Positions 61,614-64,000 of a stretch of 64,000 bases of DNA are shown here, one piece after another (within the stretch, counting starts at the first letter, position 1; every line of letters starts with the position of its first letter). The DNA is from an uncultured Planctomycetaceae bacterium (GTDB taxonomy: Bacteria; Planctomycetota; Planctomycetia; Planctomycetales; Planctomycetaceae). The notes beneath the pieces were generated by a model that was given only the letters and a program-made list of their open reading frames with translations, was not told where the DNA came from and made no database searches. The stretch covers positions 128,001 through 192,000 of the forward strand of contig CAWFGE010000014.1 of the NCBI GenBank assembly GCA_963815195.1, written 5' to 3'. A program made the translations under genes and the position numbers.

Positions 61614-64000
61614 TCCCTGCGGCACCTGGTCCGCTTCGTAAAAGCGGTTGGACACCAAATGCTCGCCGCAGAAGACGAGGATCACCAAAAACAGCACCTG
61701 TGGAAAGAGTTCCTGCCCCAACCGGCCTTCGGTGACGATCCGCTCGAGCTCGTCCAAGTTGCGGCTGATACGGTAGCGGTTCTCGCCGAACATCGCGTTG
61801 AGATCGTCGGTGCTGAGTTTTTTCAGATTGCTTTCCTCGGCGGGGGAATTGACGCTGAAACCCACGGCGAAATCGGAAGCCGGGTCGGCATCCAGCACGC
61901 GGTACTGCCCGGGCTGCTGCGTTTCCACCAGCGTGAGAAAATCCCGGCCCGCCGGCACCGTGCGGGATTGCTGCGCTCCGTCCGGCGTGCGGAACAGATA
62001 GTTCTCGATCGTTCGCTCGGGATCCCAGCGGACGAGGGCTTCTTCCCCCGCCTGGTAATTGAACCGCCCCGCCGACTCCCGGCTGAGGTATCTCATCAAA
62101 TCGTGCGTGAAGACCAGATACGCCCAACGGCCCATCGGCAACTCGCTCCAATTCAATTGACCGATCTTGAGGCTCACCCCGGTCGTCAGCAGCACCACCC
62201 GGCCCGCTCCATGCGCGCGTTCCACAATCGCAGGCGTCGGGGCGGGATAATCGATTTGCGTGTACCAATCCACGACCGAGGCATCTTCCGCCGGCGTCAC
62301 ATGCCAGCACTCATAGACCGGCATCTGAGACAACAGCGTCGCGCCCTTCAGTTCAAACAGCCGCTTGAACAAGGGATGCTCGCGCTTGGTAAGGCTCAAG
62401 GTTTCGGGCGGTCTGAATTCCCGTTTCGCCTCAAGCTTTGCGGGCACCAGGGATTGAGCCGTCGGCTTGTTGTATTCCACCGGGTTGATTTTTGCGCTGC
62501 CCAGAACAATCGCCAGGCCGCCGCCTCGGTTGGTAAACTCGGCCAGCGCATTCCACGCGGCTTCGCCGGGACCGGGCACGTTGACCAGGCAGACGACCTG
62601 ATAATTGCCCAGTTCTTCGAGATGCGTGTCCAGCCAGTTCGCGGCGTGTTGATCCACGCGAAACGGAGCCCGGCCCAGCTTGACCAATCTTTGCGGCGCG
62701 AGGGCTTCCTTCAAATAATCCCCGTCGCCCGGTTCGCCGTCCACAATCAACACCCGCGGCGGGAACTGGACGCCGACCGTGAAATACCGGCGATTGTCGG
62801 CGTCCAAGGGATCGCCGCTGCCGAGCCGGACTTGCCCCTGGGCGAACGGCTGCGAGAGGTCGGTGAGTTGAAACGTCTCGACGATCGGCTCGCCGGGCTT
62901 CAATCGTACGGTGCGTTTGCCTTGCGGGACTTCTTTGCCCGCGGAATTGGTGGCGAGGATTTCCACCGTCTGGGTGATTTCCTCACGGCCCGTCGCCGAG
63001 ATCGTGACATCCACCGAAAGCGGCGAGCCGAGCGGCACCGTTTGGCTCGACAGCTTGAGCGATTCGACCATCGCGTTCTGCGGCTTCTCCACGCTGAGAT
63101 CGATTACATACACATTGATGAACTTCAGCCGCTCGAGCTCTTTCCGCAAGAGCTTGGACGCGTTTTTCCGCCAGGCGGTTTCGCTGAGGTCGGTGAAGAT
63201 GTAAATCTCCCGCAGGAATTGGTCCTGGCGATTTTCGGCGGGGACGGCCGCTTGGGAATCGAGCGTCCGGCCGTAGTCCTGTTCCTGGGCACTCAATGCC
63301 TGGCGGACGCGCTGGTTGATCGGCACGCTGACCGCGGAGGTTCGTAGGCTCTGCACATCGCCGCGGGCCACGGCCAAGTCCTCGCGGAACGCCAACGGAT
63401 CGTCCGCTTTCGTTCCGCCGACCGCGACCCGACTCGCGGTGGGCAGCTTCGAGAGATAGTCGGCCGCGATCTGTTGGGCTTGTTCCAGCCGCGTCTTGCC
63501 TTGGTGGCGGTAGTCCATGCTCAAGCTGGTGTCGAACACGAACACCGCGGCGATGGGCAGGTCTTCGGTGAGGTCCGCGGCGGGGGCTTCGATCTCCGCC
63601 GCGATCCGCCGCTGATAAGGCCAGAACACGAGCAGCAATAAAAGCAGCGCAATCGCCAGACCCGTGCCGCCGCGGAGCACGCTTCGGCGGTACGTCAACG
63701 TGTGGTGCGACAATCGCTGTTTTCGCCAACGGGTGATGAGCGCGAAATAGACGCCCACTGCCAAGGCGAGAATCCCGAGCAGCGTGGCGGTTTCGGTGCC
63801 GGTGAGCGAATAGTTCGCCGCGGGCAAGGAAGGCCGGGCGATCGCGAGCACGATGAGCACGATCACCGCGATCCGCAACAGCAAAAGCCAGAGATGCCGA
63901 AGTTTCAGCCGCCGGACGTTGTTTTTCCGCCGATTCTGAATCAGCCGCAGGGCGGGAAATATCAACTTCTTCGGTTTGGCCCGCATCAACAGATGCAGCA
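61602..64000 (-). CDS. BatA N-terminal + vWA domain protein (5' end beyond window)
   Basis: LHLLMRAKPKKLIFPALRLI...LWLLLLR...ARP, FDTSLSM, FTDL, DPLDADNRRYF. Confidence 0.85.
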   Translation of the reverse strand, partial: LHLLMRAKPKKLIFPALRLIQNRRKNNVRRLKLRHLWLLLLRIAVIVLIVLAIARPSLPAANYSLTGTETATLLGILALAVGVYFALITRWRKQRLSHHTLTYRRSVLRGGTGLAIALLLLLLVFWPYQRRIAAEIEAPAADLTEDLPIAAVFVFDTSLSMDYRHQGKTRLEQAQQIAADYLSKLPTASRVAVGGTKADDPLAFREDLAVARGDVQSLRTSAVSVPINQRVRQALSAQEQDYGRTLDSQAAVPAENRQDQFLREIYIFTDLSETAWRKNASKLLRKELERLKFINVYVIDLSVEKPQNAMVESLKLSSQTVPLGSPLSVDVTISATGREEITQTVEILATNSAGKEVPQGKRTVRLKPGEPIVETFQLTDLSQPFAQGQVRLGSGDPLDADNRRYFTVGVQFPPRVLIVDGEPGDGDYLKEALAPQRLVKLGRAPFRVDQHAANWLDTHLEELGNYQVVCLVNVPGPGEAAWNALAEFTNRGGGLAIVLGSAKINPVEYNKPTAQSLVPAKLEAKREFRPPETLSLTKREHPLFKRLFELKGATLLSQMPVYECWHVTPAEDASVVDWYTQIDYPAPTPAIVERAHGAGRVVLLTTGVSLKIGQLNWSELPMGRWAYLVFTHDLMRYLSRESAGRFNYQAGEEALVRWDPERTIENYLFRTPDGAQQSRTVPAGRDFLTLVETQQPGQYRVLDADPASDFAVGFSVNSPAEESNLKKLSTDDLNAMFGENRYRISRNLDELERIVTEGRLGQELFPQVLFLVILVFCGEHLVSNRFYEADQVPQGNDQ

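Noticed and set aside
1..64000. tRNA, rRNA or integrase genes
   Set aside because: None recognised by eye; the island's recombinase, if any, must lie outside the window.

Overview
High-GC bacterial chromosome segment, very likely Planctomycetota (inferred from the DUF1592/DUF1552 operon, an 'LEARLVLS' export motif, a sulfatase, BatA/vWA genes and a short PheT). Positions 1-~9970 look like the right end of a horizontally acquired island. It contains an IS21-family element (istA/istB, both missed by the ORF track) and a translationally coupled minus-strand pair: a purine-nucleoside-phosphorylase/nucleosidase (PNP_UDP_1) protein and a ~1,800-aa TPR + PIN-like protein. This pair is the best candidate for an undescribed anti-phage system. 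The island boundary falls exactly after the conserved 'DD' codons of a sulfatase gene, leaving a 47-aa stub, which suggests an integrative element that targets sulfatase genes. The rest is host-like: an SSS symporter, lexA, ArnT/PAP2, hydrolases, a PL10 lyase, an FtsX-type permease, an HDOD protein, a sigma-54 stress/signalling cluster with three -24/-12 promoters, a sulfatase, a glucose dehydrogenase, a large S8 protease, an APC permease, the ankyrin/DUF1552/DUF1592 operon, pheT and vWA/BatA genes. Several REP/REPIN-like palindromes occur, one inserted in frame into a signal peptide. About eight 1-2 nt frameshifts look like assembly errors. All family calls come from motif recognition by eye; no searches were run.
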